64,000 bases of DNA. Source: a virus. The position numbers and the translations under genes are program-made. Each line of letters begins with the position of its first letter. The first letter of the stretch is position 1. The notes below the pieces were generated by a model. That model made no database searches and had not been told where the DNA came from. It saw only the letters and a list, made by a program, of their open reading frames with translations. Shown piece after piece: positions 27,394 to 37,485 of this stretch. The stretch is taken from positions 62,160-126,159 of IMG/VR virus record IMGVR_UViG_3300007504_000003; one strand, 5' to 3'.

Positions 27394-29412
27394 ATGCCGC
27401 TTGGACAAGCTGGAGATCCCTTCACCTTCCACGTCCTCTGGTTGGACGCGGAAGGGAGCCCGATGACGGTGACCTCTCCTGCGATCGATATCTTCTACTT
27501 CGATAACGCTGGGGATAGGCAGAATCTTGTCACCAGCGGGGTGATGACTGCCGTGACCGGGGACACGGGGCGGTATGCCTACGTCTACACCGTCAGCTCT
27601 TCCTACGACGAGCCCTCACCTGTCTACGGGTTGATGACGGCGACGGAGACGGCGACGGGGTTGGAGCTGGTGGAAGAGATGGTGGTCGATGTGATCGACC
27701 CCAACGCGAGCACCCTGACGGTGAAGAACGAAGGGGTGGTGCTCAACACCAGCGTGACTAGCATCGATTTCATCGGGGTCGATGTGGAGTCCGACAACCC
27801 TTCTGGAGACGCGATCCGGGTCTTTATCCCGCCTCCCAGCTATCAGTCTCACTGGAATACTTCGGACGGGGACAACGGGAACCAGTCGGTCACGGAGTCG
27901 ATCTCCAGAACGACGACTCGGATCCCCGACCCCAGCGGGGGTGAGGGCTCCCCATTCAAGACAGGCGGGTGGGCTGACTCCAATCAGGACACCACGCTGA
28001 GCACCTCAGCGACCTTCACGACTCCGGATGTGACCACGGGGTTCGGTGGGGACTCCACCATGACAGTGAATGTCTACGACGCAGACGGCTCTACTGTCTT
28101 GGAGACCTTCACTACGGCAGCCCTGGACGGGGATGGCTCGTATGACGCCCCTAGCGGGAACATCAGCGTCACCTTGTCCAGCTACGGGTCGGATACTCTT
28201 CAGTGGAAGGCGAAGGCGTCTGTCGTCGTGGACTTCGACGGGGTTTTGTCTGACGCTGGCCTCACGGGGGGACGCTGCCACGCTGAAGTGATTCACACCA
28301 CGGACAGCGGAACCGACGGTACCGGTCCCTACACGTATACTCAAGACCCGTTCTTTCTGGACAGCAACCCCAGCACCCCAGCGATTAACGGCACCGTTTC
28401 GGTGTCCGAGACCGCTGGGCAGGTGTTAACCAAGCATCTCTCTGGGGTGGAATACTACATCCTCAGCTCGCAGTTCACAGCGTCGGTGACGGATATCGAC
28501 GGCTTGAACGCCAACAGCATCAGAACGAGCGCGAACCTCGTCCTGACCGGGTCGGAGTACGGTCTCTCTTCCCTCTCCCACAGCCCCTTCGGGACAGGTA
28601 GTGCGAATTTCTCGGGTTGGTCATCTGCGGAGAACCAGGATGACGTGTCCTACAGCAACACTGCCTGGGCGATCACCCAGGGGAGCTATCGCTATTTCGG
28701 CTCGACCGCGAATATCTCCAGCTATCCCCGGGACCCTTGGGCTAACGGCTCTACTCAGAACTCGTCCAATGCCTCGATTCTGATCGACACCTACACGTCC
28801 AGCTCAAGTGCCCTGGTCGAGAACTTTGACGACGAAGATCTCCGCCAGGACAGCGGGTTCAACAGCGGGGCCGCAGCGGGCAACTGGACCAGTACGACAG
28901 CTCTGGTTTCCGGGGAGGGCTTTGTCCACAACGGGAAGCTCATGTCTCCGGAGGCAGCCTCCTACCAGGACTGGTCCAGCTTTCAGCCTTCAGCCGGCGG
29001 CGCCAACCCAGACTACTCCGCCTTGTCGGTTCCCGTGAGCTATTACCGGACTTTTGAGGACACGTCAGGGGATTCTCGCTCCAGCTTTTCGGTGGTGTTC
29101 AGCGGGGCCTTTGTGTCCGACGCGACGACGGATCTCGCCAATAGCGACCTGGAGATCTTTGTCAGGCGGGTGTCTTCGCCGCTTGGCGATTCCGGCCCGA
29201 GTGCGAATCCGCTCAACCTCCACGGGTCGCTGTACAACTTTTCCTCATTCGACGACGGGGTCACCAACGGTGATATCCGAGAGGGGTCGTCGTCTGGGAA
29301 CACCGTGAATGGCACCTTCGGGGGGCTCCCTTGTGAAGATGGGATCCATGTCCACGTCCGCATCAACGACGCGACGATTCAGATCGACAGCATGACGGTG
29401 ACCTTCTTCTGA
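27394..29412 (+). CDS. Ser/Thr/Gly-rich virion structural protein
   Basis: beta-rich composition; N-terminal domain paralogous to 30163-30480 (VTSPxIDIFYFD). Confidence 0.65.
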   Translation: MPLGQAGDPFTFHVLWLDAEGSPMTVTSPAIDIFYFDNAGDRQNLVTSGVMTAVTGDTGRYAYVYTVSSSYDEPSPVYGLMTATETATGLELVEEMVVDVIDPNASTLTVKNEGVVLNTSVTSIDFIGVDVESDNPSGDAIRVFIPPPSYQSHWNTSDGDNGNQSVTESISRTTTRIPDPSGGEGSPFKTGGWADSNQDTTLSTSATFTTPDVTTGFGGDSTMTVNVYDADGSTVLETFTTAALDGDGSYDAPSGNISVTLSSYGSDTLQWKAKASVVVDFDGVLSDAGLTGGRCHAEVIHTTDSGTDGTGPYTYTQDPFFLDSNPSTPAINGTVSVSETAGQVLTKHLSGVEYYILSSQFTASVTDIDGLNANSIRTSANLVLTGSEYGLSSLSHSPFGTGSANFSGWSSAENQDDVSYSNTAWAITQGSYRYFGSTANISSYPRDPWANGSTQNSSNASILIDTYTSSSSALVENFDDEDLRQDSGFNSGAAAGNWTSTTALVSGEGFVHNGKLMSPEAASYQDWSSFQPSAGGANPDYSALSVPVSYYRTFEDTSGDSRSSFSVVFSGAFVSDATTDLANSDLEIFVRRVSSPLGDSGPSANPLNLHGSLYNFSSFDDGVTNGDIREGSSSGNTVNGTFGGLPCEDGIHVHVRINDATIQIDSMTVTFF

Positions 29413-29450
29413 AGTCGCCGGGGTATTCGGCCTATACATCCGGGAGGGCA

Positions 29451-29756
29451 ATGAGTCGTTTTTCTGACCCGTTTCGCCTCAGGGTGCTGGAAGACCAGAT
29501 CCGAATCTCTGTCCGGGTGACGGAGAGGAAGGTGGACGAGTACACGTTCTCCATTTCTGAAATCCGGGGGATCACTCTGTCGTTCCCGCCCGGCCCGGAG
29601 TGGGTGGAGGCCGGGTCCCTGAAGGTTCGTATCCGCGACGGGAAGGCGATGATCGGGTTCCAGGTCTCCGCTTACAAGTGGGAGATTTATTCGATGGTCC
29701 CCGGCAATCTCGTTCGTTTCCTAGCCCAGCTCCGGGCAGCGTTGGGGGAGGGCTGA
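29451..29756 (+). CDS. hypothetical protein
   Basis: ORF with RBS and late-type promoter motif. Confidence 0.55.
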   Translation: MSRFSDPFRLRVLEDQIRISVRVTERKVDEYTFSISEIRGITLSFPPGPEWVEAGSLKVRIRDGKAMIGFQVSAYKWEIYSMVPGNLVRFLAQLRAALGEG

Positions 29757-30163
29757 TGCCTATCGGAAGATCGCCTCGGATTCGGGCCGCCCAGATCAGG
29801 TCTTACCTGACCATCGAGGCTTATGGCGTGACTCAGGGGGAGGTTGTCTCCGTGGTAGACGATGGAGGCACGATGAAGCTGCTTCCTTGCTCGTCAAATC
29901 TCTATGCGGACACCTTCTATGGATTCGCGGACGCGACGACGGCTCAAGGGACCATCCCTACCATCACGGGCAGGGGGTCTCGGGTAACCCCGCTCGTTAA
30001 AAACGACGACCCTCTGGTGATCGGTGTCGGCGTGTGGCTGAGCGACACCGCGGGTCGGGTGGTACAGACACCCCCCTCGTCGGGCACGATTCTCCGGGTG
30101 GGGACCGCGGTGACTACGACTGAGATGGTCCTGGCGACAGATGCCAAGGTGAGCATCGGTTGA
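29756..30163 (+). CDS. putative capsid cement/DUF2190-like protein
   Basis: GVWLSDTAGRVVQTPPSSGTILRVG resembles the C-terminal domain of the 44245-48708 fibre; TGATG coupling. Confidence 0.5.
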   Translation: MPIGRSPRIRAAQIRSYLTIEAYGVTQGEVVSVVDDGGTMKLLPCSSNLYADTFYGFADATTAQGTIPTITGRGSRVTPLVKNDDPLVIGVGVWLSDTAGRVVQTPPSSGTILRVGTAVTTTEMVLATDAKVSIG

Positions 30164-30480
30164 TGGCATACACCACCCTGGGTGAGGCGGTGACCTTCAC
30201 CGCGGTCTTTGTGGACGGGGTCAATGACCCGCTCACGGTGACCTCTCCACTGATCGATATCTTCTACTTCGACAGCGGAGGCGACAAGCAAGCCCTGGTG
30301 ACTGAGCAAGCCATGACGAGCCTGGGATCAGGGCACTACGTGTATTTCTACACCCCGGTGGGGCTCTCCACAGGCGTGGTTCTCGTGGGGTTCATGCGGG
30401 GAACTTCTGATGGGGTCCAGGTTTCTACGGAGCAGAGTTTCTCTATCCGGTCAAGCGTCCCCCTTAAACTCTCCAGGTAG
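30163..30480 (+). CDS. Ig-like virion protein, paralog of the N-terminus of 27394-29412
   Basis: TVTSPLIDIFYFDSGGDKQ vs TVTSPAIDIFYFDNAGDRQ. Confidence 0.65.
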   Translation: MAYTTLGEAVTFTAVFVDGVNDPLTVTSPLIDIFYFDSGGDKQALVTEQAMTSLGSGHYVYFYTPVGLSTGVVLVGFMRGTSDGVQVSTEQSFSIRSSVPLKLSR

Positions 30481-30495
30481 ATCGTATACAAGACC

Positions 30496-30867
30496 ATGCT
30501 CTCTCTTTCCGAAATTGATCGCCGGCTGGTCCGGGCTCACCAGACGAGCCGAGTCGTCGTTTCCCTGGGTGAAACCATCCGGGAGATGATTTCGGAGGAT
30601 CCCGAGGTGACTCTGCTCCGGGTTGAGAAGAGGCTCCGGGAGCTTGGTAGCTCAGTACATCTCCTCGCGGCTCCCCTGGAGCAGATGCGGCCTGGGCTTG
30701 AGGCCCGGAACGTTGATGGTTCCCTGGCTTCCTATTGGCTCTGGATATGCCTCTATCCTCGGGAGCTGGAATCAACCCGGGAGCGATTCGGAATCCAGAG
30801 CCCGCAGGAAAATCTCCTCCGGCTCCGGGAGACTGGTTTCCTCATGCTTCAGGATTCTCATGGTTGA
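30496..30867 (+). CDS. hypothetical protein
   Basis: 123-aa ORF with TCGTATAC just upstream. Confidence 0.55.
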   Translation: MLSLSEIDRRLVRAHQTSRVVVSLGETIREMISEDPEVTLLRVEKRLRELGSSVHLLAAPLEQMRPGLEARNVDGSLASYWLWICLYPRELESTRERFGIQSPQENLLRLRETGFLMLQDSHG

Positions 30868-31270
30868 TCTCACTCAGCGGTATCTTCAGGAGCCCCTCCT
30901 TCACGCCGTCGTGACCGCTCTGGTCAACATCTCGCTGGATGGGGTGGAAGACCAGCCCGGTCGAACGAAGGACTTCCTCGGGCGAGTCGCCCGAGAGTTT
31001 CTGGTCCGCGGAGAAGCGATCCTGGTTCGGGTTGGTGACGAGGCTGCTTTGATCGCCCCTGGCGCGATCACCGAGCTGGGGTCAGTGCCCATTCTGGAGG
31101 GGGTCACCCTGGAGCCCGAGTCCGTCTTGAGGATCTCTCGGCCTACGGGTCTGGACCCGAGCCGTATCCGGAAGGACACTGATCTCCAGGGAGTCGATAT
31201 TCCGGTGCTCCGGAACTTCATTCCTCGCACTCTCACGTTCCTTGGGGACAGGAGGTTGATCGGTGTCTGA
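30860..31270 (+). CDS. hypothetical protein
   Basis: overlaps neighbours in an operon-like manner; ATG 30860. Confidence 0.5.
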   Translation: MVDLTQRYLQEPLLHAVVTALVNISLDGVEDQPGRTKDFLGRVAREFLVRGEAILVRVGDEAALIAPGAITELGSVPILEGVTLEPESVLRISRPTGLDPSRIRKDTDLQGVDIPVLRNFIPRTLTFLGDRRLIGV

Positions 31271-31646
31271 TTACGAAATCAGCGGTGGGCTCATGTCTCC
31301 AGACGGGATGGGCTCCCTGTTTCTGGATGGCTATGCGATTCCCGAGCCCGTAGATCCCAGGATCGTGGGGGCCCATGTCGGATCGAGTGTGCCCGGCTCC
31401 TGCTGCATTCGGGGTGAGAAGGAAGGGCTCCCCGTGGAGTGGGTGGTGGAGTTCGACTGGCTCTTCGCCTCGTTTACCCCGGACAAGGTGAACCACCATG
31501 TCGCAGTTATCTGCGGAACCTTCCCGGTGCATGTGGAGGCTGTCCACGAGCCGGTCACCGTGACCCTGAGGTGGAAGGACGCAGAGGGGCTCCATGAGGA
31601 GGAGCGTCGCTTGGATTCCGGAGTCGCGGAATTCCGCTCCCGATAG
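31263..31646 (+). CDS. hypothetical protein
   Basis: 127-aa ORF in operon context. Confidence 0.5.
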   Translation: MSDYEISGGLMSPDGMGSLFLDGYAIPEPVDPRIVGAHVGSSVPGSCCIRGEKEGLPVEWVVEFDWLFASFTPDKVNHHVAVICGTFPVHVEAVHEPVTVTLRWKDAEGLHEEERRLDSGVAEFRSR

Positions 31647-31688
31647 ATTCTCTATAGGGCTTCGTGGTTGAAGCCTTGGAGAATCCGC

Positions 31689-32342
31689 ATGAGTGGCCTG
31701 CGTCGAGCTATCATCCGTTTGGCCGCTTCTACGGCGGAGGCTGACCTCAAGAGCGACTTGCTCCGGTTGGTCGCAGCTCCCGCAAAGGGAGGGCTGTACC
31801 TCCGTCCCCAGAACCCGCGTGTTACCGAGAGGTGGAGTGCCCTTCTGGGTCGAATCCTGTACGATAAGTATGGGTCTGGGGTTGTGAATATCCCAGATGT
31901 GTCCCTAGTGGACACGGATCACGGGGAAGAAGTCTTCGTGGACATGTACGGGGTCGGGATTTCGGTCAAGAGCCACACCACTGTCCTGGCTTTGCTCGGG
32001 GTTAGCTTCTACGATGAGAAGTCTGGGATCGAGGCGGTCAAGACACTCCAGAAGGATCCGCGTCACCCCCCGCTAGGCTTGTTTCGCGCAACCAAGTATC
32101 GCAGCACCCGCGTCTATCCTCCGATGAAGGAGGTCCCCCAGGGGGGTTCGTCCTACAGAATTCGGGGGGACAAAGTGCAGGTTTCTATAAATCCTGACCG
32201 GATTTACGTCAGCGGATCGACGTACCCGATCAAGGATGACCTCCGGAGTATGGGGTTTCGCTGGGATCGAGACCGCAAGGCGTGGTGGCTGGATGCCCGC
32301 CGGTATGACCGAGGCGTTGAGCAGCGCCTCAAGGCAATGTAG
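31689..32342 (+). CDS. LRxxIIRLA-leader protein of unknown function
   Basis: MSGLRRAIIRLAASTAEADLKSDLL; C-terminal TYPIKDDLRSMGFRWD...WW motif. Confidence 0.65.
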   Translation: MSGLRRAIIRLAASTAEADLKSDLLRLVAAPAKGGLYLRPQNPRVTERWSALLGRILYDKYGSGVVNIPDVSLVDTDHGEEVFVDMYGVGISVKSHTTVLALLGVSFYDEKSGIEAVKTLQKDPRHPPLGLFRATKYRSTRVYPPMKEVPQGGSSYRIRGDKVQVSINPDRIYVSGSTYPIKDDLRSMGFRWDRDRKAWWLDARRYDRGVEQRLKAM

Positions 32343-32351
32343 GGGAGAGCG

Positions 32352-33041
32352 ATGCCCGGTGGAGCAGTCAAGACTCCCGCAGATGAGAAGCGGTGGAGCC
32401 GAGCCAAGGAGATCTTCAAGGAGCAGAAGGGCCGAGACCCGGAGGGGGATGACTATGCCCTGGTCATGCACATCTTCCAGGGGATGAAGCGGACCAAGCA
32501 TGTCCCCGGTCAGAAGAAGAAGGCTCTCACGGATCTTCGTCGGGCGGTGATCCGGCTCGCGGCTTCTGAGCCGCAGGAGAGCCCCCTCCGGAAAGCTCTC
32601 CTCGCCTCCATGTATGGTCCTGCTCCGACAGAGCGAGTCTCCCGGCCGAAGGAGGTGAGGAATCCTCGGCCCCTTCGGTACCACAGGTCCAATCGTGATT
32701 TTGTGGAGATCAAGAAGGCGGTGGAGGGTTCCATCGTTTTCTACCAGGAGGAAGACCCGCGGTTCTCCAGCAGCCGACCTGACCCGGAGTTTGACTATCT
32801 CATGGTTCTGGCTCACTACCAGAACCCACGACACGGGGTTCACTACGTGTGGGAGATGTTCGACCTGGATTCGGACAGCGGGGAGCCTATCTGGGAGGAA
32901 GAGGAGGAGGAAGATCCTCGTCGGTGGTGGAGTGTCCAACAGGCGTGGAAGCACGCTACGGATTCCGCTATCGACACCAGGAACGACCCAGGCGACCCAC
33001 CGGACTCCTATTTCGAGCAGGGGTCTTACTACAGCTTCTAG
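32352..33041 (+). CDS. ChaB-like N-terminal domain plus internal LRRAVIRLA tag
   Basis: DEKRWSRAKEIF...DYALVMHIFQGMK then KKKALTDLRRAVIRLAASEPQESPLRKALL. Confidence 0.55.
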   Translation: MPGGAVKTPADEKRWSRAKEIFKEQKGRDPEGDDYALVMHIFQGMKRTKHVPGQKKKALTDLRRAVIRLAASEPQESPLRKALLASMYGPAPTERVSRPKEVRNPRPLRYHRSNRDFVEIKKAVEGSIVFYQEEDPRFSSSRPDPEFDYLMVLAHYQNPRHGVHYVWEMFDLDSDSGEPIWEEEEEEDPRRWWSVQQAWKHATDSAIDTRNDPGDPPDSYFEQGSYYSF

Positions 33042-33054
33042 CTGAGGTGTTGAG

Positions 33055-33498
33055 ATGGCGAAGGAAACTCTCCGTAGGAGAGCGATTCGGGTCGTGAAGG
33101 CTCAGCCGGTGGGGTCACCCTTGCGGCGACACTTGCTCGCAGCCCTGAAGCAGAGCTACGAGCCCTACCGGGAGTATGAGGATCATTATGAGGATGTGGA
33201 GCAACCATTCCCGAGCCGGCTAGCCCCCACTCGGGTGTCTCCGACCTCCTATCATCGTCGTCAGCGGGAGTTTCAATCCGTCGCTCGGGCGTGGAAGGGT
33301 TCCATCAGCTACGGGAGAAAGCGGGACGACTACTTCCTTTTTCTGGTGGTCTATGAGGACGGGGTCTTCTGGGAAGCCTTTCAAGATGGCGTCTGGGATG
33401 GGCCCGTGTTCGATGACAGCTACGACAACGACAGGCCGGAGTCGGTCTGGAGGCGGGTGGTGACGTCGGTGCTGGAAGACGACGGCTACGACTTCTGA
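33055..33498 (+). CDS. LRRRAIR-leader protein of unknown function
   Basis: MAKETLRRRAIRVVKAQPVGSPLRRHLL. Confidence 0.6.
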   Translation: MAKETLRRRAIRVVKAQPVGSPLRRHLLAALKQSYEPYREYEDHYEDVEQPFPSRLAPTRVSPTSYHRRQREFQSVARAWKGSISYGRKRDDYFLFLVVYEDGVFWEAFQDGVWDGPVFDDSYDNDRPESVWRRVVTSVLEDDGYDF

Positions 33499-34205
33499 AC
33501 GTGCAACAAGAGATCACGGGCTGAGCCATAGGGCTTGTCGAATCCCAGGAGCGCGTTCCCATCCCTGTCCGCCTTTTTCACCCATTCCAGCATCTCGGGA
33601 TCAAAGACCCCGATAGGGTCGGAGAAACAGGAGCCTGGGCGGTGCTGAGCGGCGTTCTGGGGCGGGTAAATGTCAGGGCTTACCCTGACCCCTAAGAGGG
33701 CTTCAAGAGCCTTGTAGAGGCGGCTGGAGTCCAGCAAGAGGTCAATCTGGAGGGGAGACCCGAAGGCCCATTCGGTCGTCCAGGTGAACAGCCCGGCTCT
33801 TCGATTGAGGAGACTCGGTCGGAAGTCCGGGTCCCCCTTGGCGAAGTTGTTGACGACCTGGAAGTCTCTCTCCAGGTCGGTGACCTCATTGGGGTGTGTG
33901 ACCCCATAGAGGAAAGGCTTGAACCCGGGCTCTCCATTGCCCCAGCTCCGGAGTCGTTCCCGCCCCTCGGCTCCGGAGCTGGCGTGCTGGTAGAGGCTCG
34001 CGTACCAACTCCAGGCGTCTCGGTGGGTCCCGAAAACTTGTCTACCTTCACGCAGAGAGTGGTCAAGTTTTTGGATGCTCTCGTGTCGTCGGATGCCTGA
34101 TATTCTCTCGGCTCCCAGGCCACGAGCGAGAACCCGGCTGACGGACATGCCTCCGGTCTTGGGCATGTGCCAGTAGAGGAAGCTCTCGGTTCGGAGTATC
34201 GCCAT
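33486..34205 (-). CDS. sulfotransferase-family-like protein
   Basis: FLYWHMPKTGGMS (5'-PSB loop) and RDAWSWYASLY (3'-PB-like). Confidence 0.65.
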   Translation of the reverse strand: MAILRTESFLYWHMPKTGGMSVSRVLARGLGAERISGIRRHESIQKLDHSLREGRQVFGTHRDAWSWYASLYQHASSGAEGRERLRSWGNGEPGFKPFLYGVTHPNEVTDLERDFQVVNNFAKGDPDFRPSLLNRRAGLFTWTTEWAFGSPLQIDLLLDSSRLYKALEALLGVRVSPDIYPPQNAAQHRPGSCFSDPIGVFDPEMLEWVKKADRDGNALLGFDKPYGSARDLLLHVQKS

Positions 34206-34991
34206 CTACTTCATCCCCTCGATCAATCGAGGGAGGAAGGTCTCGGAGGCTTCACGGAAGTGAATGGCGTACTCCTCCAGAAACTCAGGGAGGGGGCCGG
34301 GGTCAATCACGAAGGTGGGGAGGGGTGCGATGGTCGCGGAGAAGACCGCTTGCTCGGTGATTCCGACCGCGAAGGAAGTCCCGATGAAGATACAGCAGGT
34401 CATTTGATCCAGCGCGCTCAAGGCTTCTGAGAACCGGTAGCTCTCGTGACTTTGGTAGTTCTCGTCAAACCACAGGACGTGGGGGCGAAGGAACTTCCGG
34501 CACTTGGGGCACCGAGGGAGGGTCTCCCGACAGGGATTCGCCCGGAAGGCGGAGAAGAGGCTCTCATCCCATTCGACGAGGCCCCTGGGCTCTCCGTTGA
34601 CGCAGTGTCGGTTGGTGCAGCGGAGATATCGGGCTGCCCCGTGGACCTCCATCACGGAGGTAGATCCCGCCGCCGTGTGGAGTCCGTCTACGTTCTGGGT
34701 GATGATCTGGAGCTGCGGGATCATTTGCTCCAGGTCCGCCAGGGCTGTATGGCCGGCGTTGGGTGAGGCCGAGCGGCAACCGTCGAAACGGCGGAGGTAC
34801 CAGGACCACTGCTTGACGGGCTGGCGGAGGAAAAACCTCCAGGTGCCCATCTCCAGTACGGTCTCTGACCAGACCGCATCCGGGTCTTGACCGCGAAAAG
34901 TGGGGATCCCGCTGGCTAGGCTGATGCCGGCTCCCGTGACTACAACAGGTCGGGCGTCAGGTCTCTGGAGCTGCTGGATGAGATCTCGCAT
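34206..34991 (-). CDS. Sir2-family NAD-dependent protein deacylase (CobB-like)
   Basis: TGAGISLASGIPTFRG, TQNVDGLH, EVHG, zinc-binding Cys pairs, LRPHVLWFDE, IGTSFAV. Confidence 0.93.
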   Translation of the reverse strand: MRDLIQQLQRPDARPVVVTGAGISLASGIPTFRGQDPDAVWSETVLEMGTWRFFLRQPVKQWSWYLRRFDGCRSASPNAGHTALADLEQMIPQLQIITQNVDGLHTAAGSTSVMEVHGAARYLRCTNRHCVNGEPRGLVEWDESLFSAFRANPCRETLPRCPKCRKFLRPHVLWFDENYQSHESYRFSEALSALDQMTCCIFIGTSFAVGITEQAVFSATIAPLPTFVIDPGPLPEFLEEYAIHFREASETFLPRLIEGMK

Positions 34992-35056
34992 GGGGGATGA
35001 TACCGTTTTCGTGGTCAGTAATGGCTTAATAGGTCCGAGTGGCTGAGGAACAGCCT

Positions 35057-35467
35057 ATGACTCCCCTGCGTCGTCGAGCGATTCGTCTAGCTTCCAGGCT
35101 CCCCGCTGGGGCTCCTTTGAAGGTGGCTCTCCTGAAAGCCGTCGAGGCGTCGTCAGATCCCTATGGACAGGAGATCCTCCGTCAGCTCGGGGGATCTCGC
35201 TGGCTTCAGATGATGATCGGAGCCAAGAATTTTATGGTCGGGCACACCAACGGTGGGGCTCTTGGGGGTCTCAGTTTCAAGTTCCCCCGGCCGGGTCGAG
35301 GCAAGCCGAATTTCGTTCGGATTCTCCTTATGGGAGACGACACCTACAGCGTGGAGTTCATGTCTCTCCACGGGTACAACGCCCGCTCTATGAGCAAGGT
35401 AGATGGGATCTACGCAGACCAGCTCCGGGGTCTCTTTGAGAGGAACACGGGCCTTTATCTGAGGTGA
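35057..35467 (+). CDS. LRRRAIRLA-leader fused to a conserved small phage/plasmid domain
   Basis: leader MTPLRRRAIRLASRLPAGAPLKVALL; payload EILRQLGG...GAKNF...DTYSVEF...GIYADQL...TGLY. Confidence 0.65.
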   Translation: MTPLRRRAIRLASRLPAGAPLKVALLKAVEASSDPYGQEILRQLGGSRWLQMMIGAKNFMVGHTNGGALGGLSFKFPRPGRGKPNFVRILLMGDDTYSVEFMSLHGYNARSMSKVDGIYADQLRGLFERNTGLYLR

Positions 35468-35485
35468 TTGCCGTATAGTAGAGGC

Positions 35486-36010
35486 ATGAACCGACGACAT
35501 TTCCTGAAAGCAGCCGTGTCCGCCTCTACTCTTCCCCTGGTCCCCGGGGTGGCCTTTGCGGCAGGGTCGGAAGCGGTCTTCCATATCCCGACCTTTTGCT
35601 CCGGCTTCACGAAGGACAAGAAGCCGGAGGTCATTTCAGGTGAACTGGTGGCTCAGGTGGCAGATATGACCTGGGGAGCCCTGGAGCGGTCGTTCGGGGG
35701 ACGTCTCCCGGTCTGGAGGGACTACGATCGGTTCAGGCCACCGATCGGCTGGCTGGTGGGGTTGGAGAGCAACGCCTCTCGACCGATGCAGCCTCTCTAT
35801 GACAAGAACGGAGAGGTCTTTGACTACATCCCGGGTAAGTTGAACATGACCCTCCTCGCGACGGTGAGGTCTCGTGAAGACCTCACCGGGCTCCATCTGG
35901 GCCCTACTCTTCACTGGCCCTCTGCGGGGGGTTTGGAGTTGGGGGCCTGGGGTCTCTTTGAGAAGGCCGTGTTCGCTGTGCCCCACGGAGCCCGTAAGGT
36001 GGCTGGGTGA
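35486..36010 (+). CDS. Tat-signal protein of unknown function
   Basis: MNRRHFLK twin-arginine motif, hydrophobic stretch, AFA cleavage site. Confidence 0.65.
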   Translation: MNRRHFLKAAVSASTLPLVPGVAFAAGSEAVFHIPTFCSGFTKDKKPEVISGELVAQVADMTWGALERSFGGRLPVWRDYDRFRPPIGWLVGLESNASRPMQPLYDKNGEVFDYIPGKLNMTLLATVRSREDLTGLHLGPTLHWPSAGGLELGAWGLFEKAVFAVPHGARKVAG

Positions 36011-36240
36011 GGCGGTTCTTTCTCCTCCGAACGGAGGATGTGAACGGGAATTCAGGGACCGGCAAGGTCGCGGAAGGGGTGGAGTCCATCACGGGCAAGG
36101 TAGTCCTCTTCTGGACGGTGCCTCCCTGCAAGGTCGCCCTGTATGACTCTCTCACGGACCTGGAGAGCCTTCACTCCCACGGGGGTCGGACCAAGCTGAT
36201 CATGGTGGACAAAGAGCACGCGAAGCCAAGTCGATCCTGA
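36007..36240 (+). CDS. conserved small phage protein
   Basis: RTEDVNGNSGTGKVAEGV...HSHGGRT. Confidence 0.65.
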   Translation: MRRFFLLRTEDVNGNSGTGKVAEGVESITGKVVLFWTVPPCKVALYDSLTDLESLHSHGGRTKLIMVDKEHAKPSRS

Positions 36241-36294
36241 GGGGTCCAACTTTGCCCTCTCCCTCGTAAAGGGAGCATCACCAGGAGGTGTTGA

Positions 36295-37485
36295 GTGGCG
36301 AAGCGAGGATTGAAGGCCGCAGAGGAAGAGGTGTACCGGGCTTCATTCCAGTCGAAGACCCGGCCCAATCCTTGCGATGGGAAGGGTCTCTCTTCTGAGA
36401 AGGTAGCGAACATCGCCCGGGACTTCACTGATCCCAAGGAGCGGTTCTCTTTGGCTGGTGCCGCCGCTTTGCTGATGGAGCGGCAGGATTCCATCCTCGC
36501 GAATGGGGAGGTCGCCCACACGTTTGAGCCCTTCTGCCGGGTGGCGAGCGTGAACAAGGTCGAGCACGCCACCTCCCAGGGAGAGACCGGGAAGTACCGG
36601 ATTTTGTGGAACCCGGCGAAGCTCGCAGAAGTTCTGGGGGGATCCTCTGGCAACTGGATCGCCTGGACACGGGCTGCCCTGGACAGGAAGTCGGATCCCT
36701 CTCACCTCCCGATGATTTACCCCGCGGACCTCGGGCAGCTCACCCGAAATCACCTGCTGGTGAACCACGGTGTCGCCTGGGGGCGTCGTGAGCCTGTGTA
36801 CTATCTCAGTACCACTGCGATGGTCGCCTATCTGATGGCTCAAAAGAAGTGGGGTGATCCCGCTCTCGTGAAGCGGTTTCAGGAGATCGTGGGTCGGCAC
36901 GCTGACTTCATCGAGCCTCTCCTGGTCATTCTCCCAAAGGAAGACCCGGCGGTAGCCGTGGTGAAGGGTGACGGCGTGATGGTTTCCGAGGAGGCTCCTC
37001 CGGAGAAGGAGCGGGTGACTCAGGAGGCTGGGGGCTCTCCCGTTGAGGAGCCCCTCTCGGAGATCGATTTCCTTTTGGATGAGGTGCTGGTTCCACTTCC
37101 TCAGAAGGTCGTATCTCTCATTGACTCTCAGGAGGAACAGGACGTGGGTTCTCAGAACAAGACGGTGGCTGAGCTTCGGTTGGAGCTGGCCCAGCATGAT
37201 GCGAAGATGCAGCGGCTCCGGGTTCAGTTGGCCGCCGCCGAAGAGGCGGAGAAGCGCACTGCCTGGAAGGAGAAGTGGACCGGTGTCTTCGGGTCCTTCA
37301 TGGACGGGATCATCCCTGATGATGAGTTCAAGTTCGCCAAGACGGTCTCGTTCAAGGTGGGCAGTGAAATTCTCACCTACGAGTTGACGCGGTCCCGGGA
37401 GGAGGTCGAGGTTGCCGTGCTGACTTTCGGAAGCGACGACGCTTCAGCCCTGGCGGAGGGGCTCACTGGTATCCTGCGGACTTGA
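36295..37485 (+). CDS. hypothetical protein with coiled coil
   Basis: 396-aa ORF with RBS AGGAGG. Confidence 0.6.
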   Translation: MAKRGLKAAEEEVYRASFQSKTRPNPCDGKGLSSEKVANIARDFTDPKERFSLAGAAALLMERQDSILANGEVAHTFEPFCRVASVNKVEHATSQGETGKYRILWNPAKLAEVLGGSSGNWIAWTRAALDRKSDPSHLPMIYPADLGQLTRNHLLVNHGVAWGRREPVYYLSTTAMVAYLMAQKKWGDPALVKRFQEIVGRHADFIEPLLVILPKEDPAVAVVKGDGVMVSEEAPPEKERVTQEAGGSPVEEPLSEIDFLLDEVLVPLPQKVVSLIDSQEEQDVGSQNKTVAELRLELAQHDAKMQRLRVQLAAAEEAEKRTAWKEKWTGVFGSFMDGIIPDDEFKFAKTVSFKVGSEILTYELTRSREEVEVAVLTFGSDDASALAEGLTGILRT

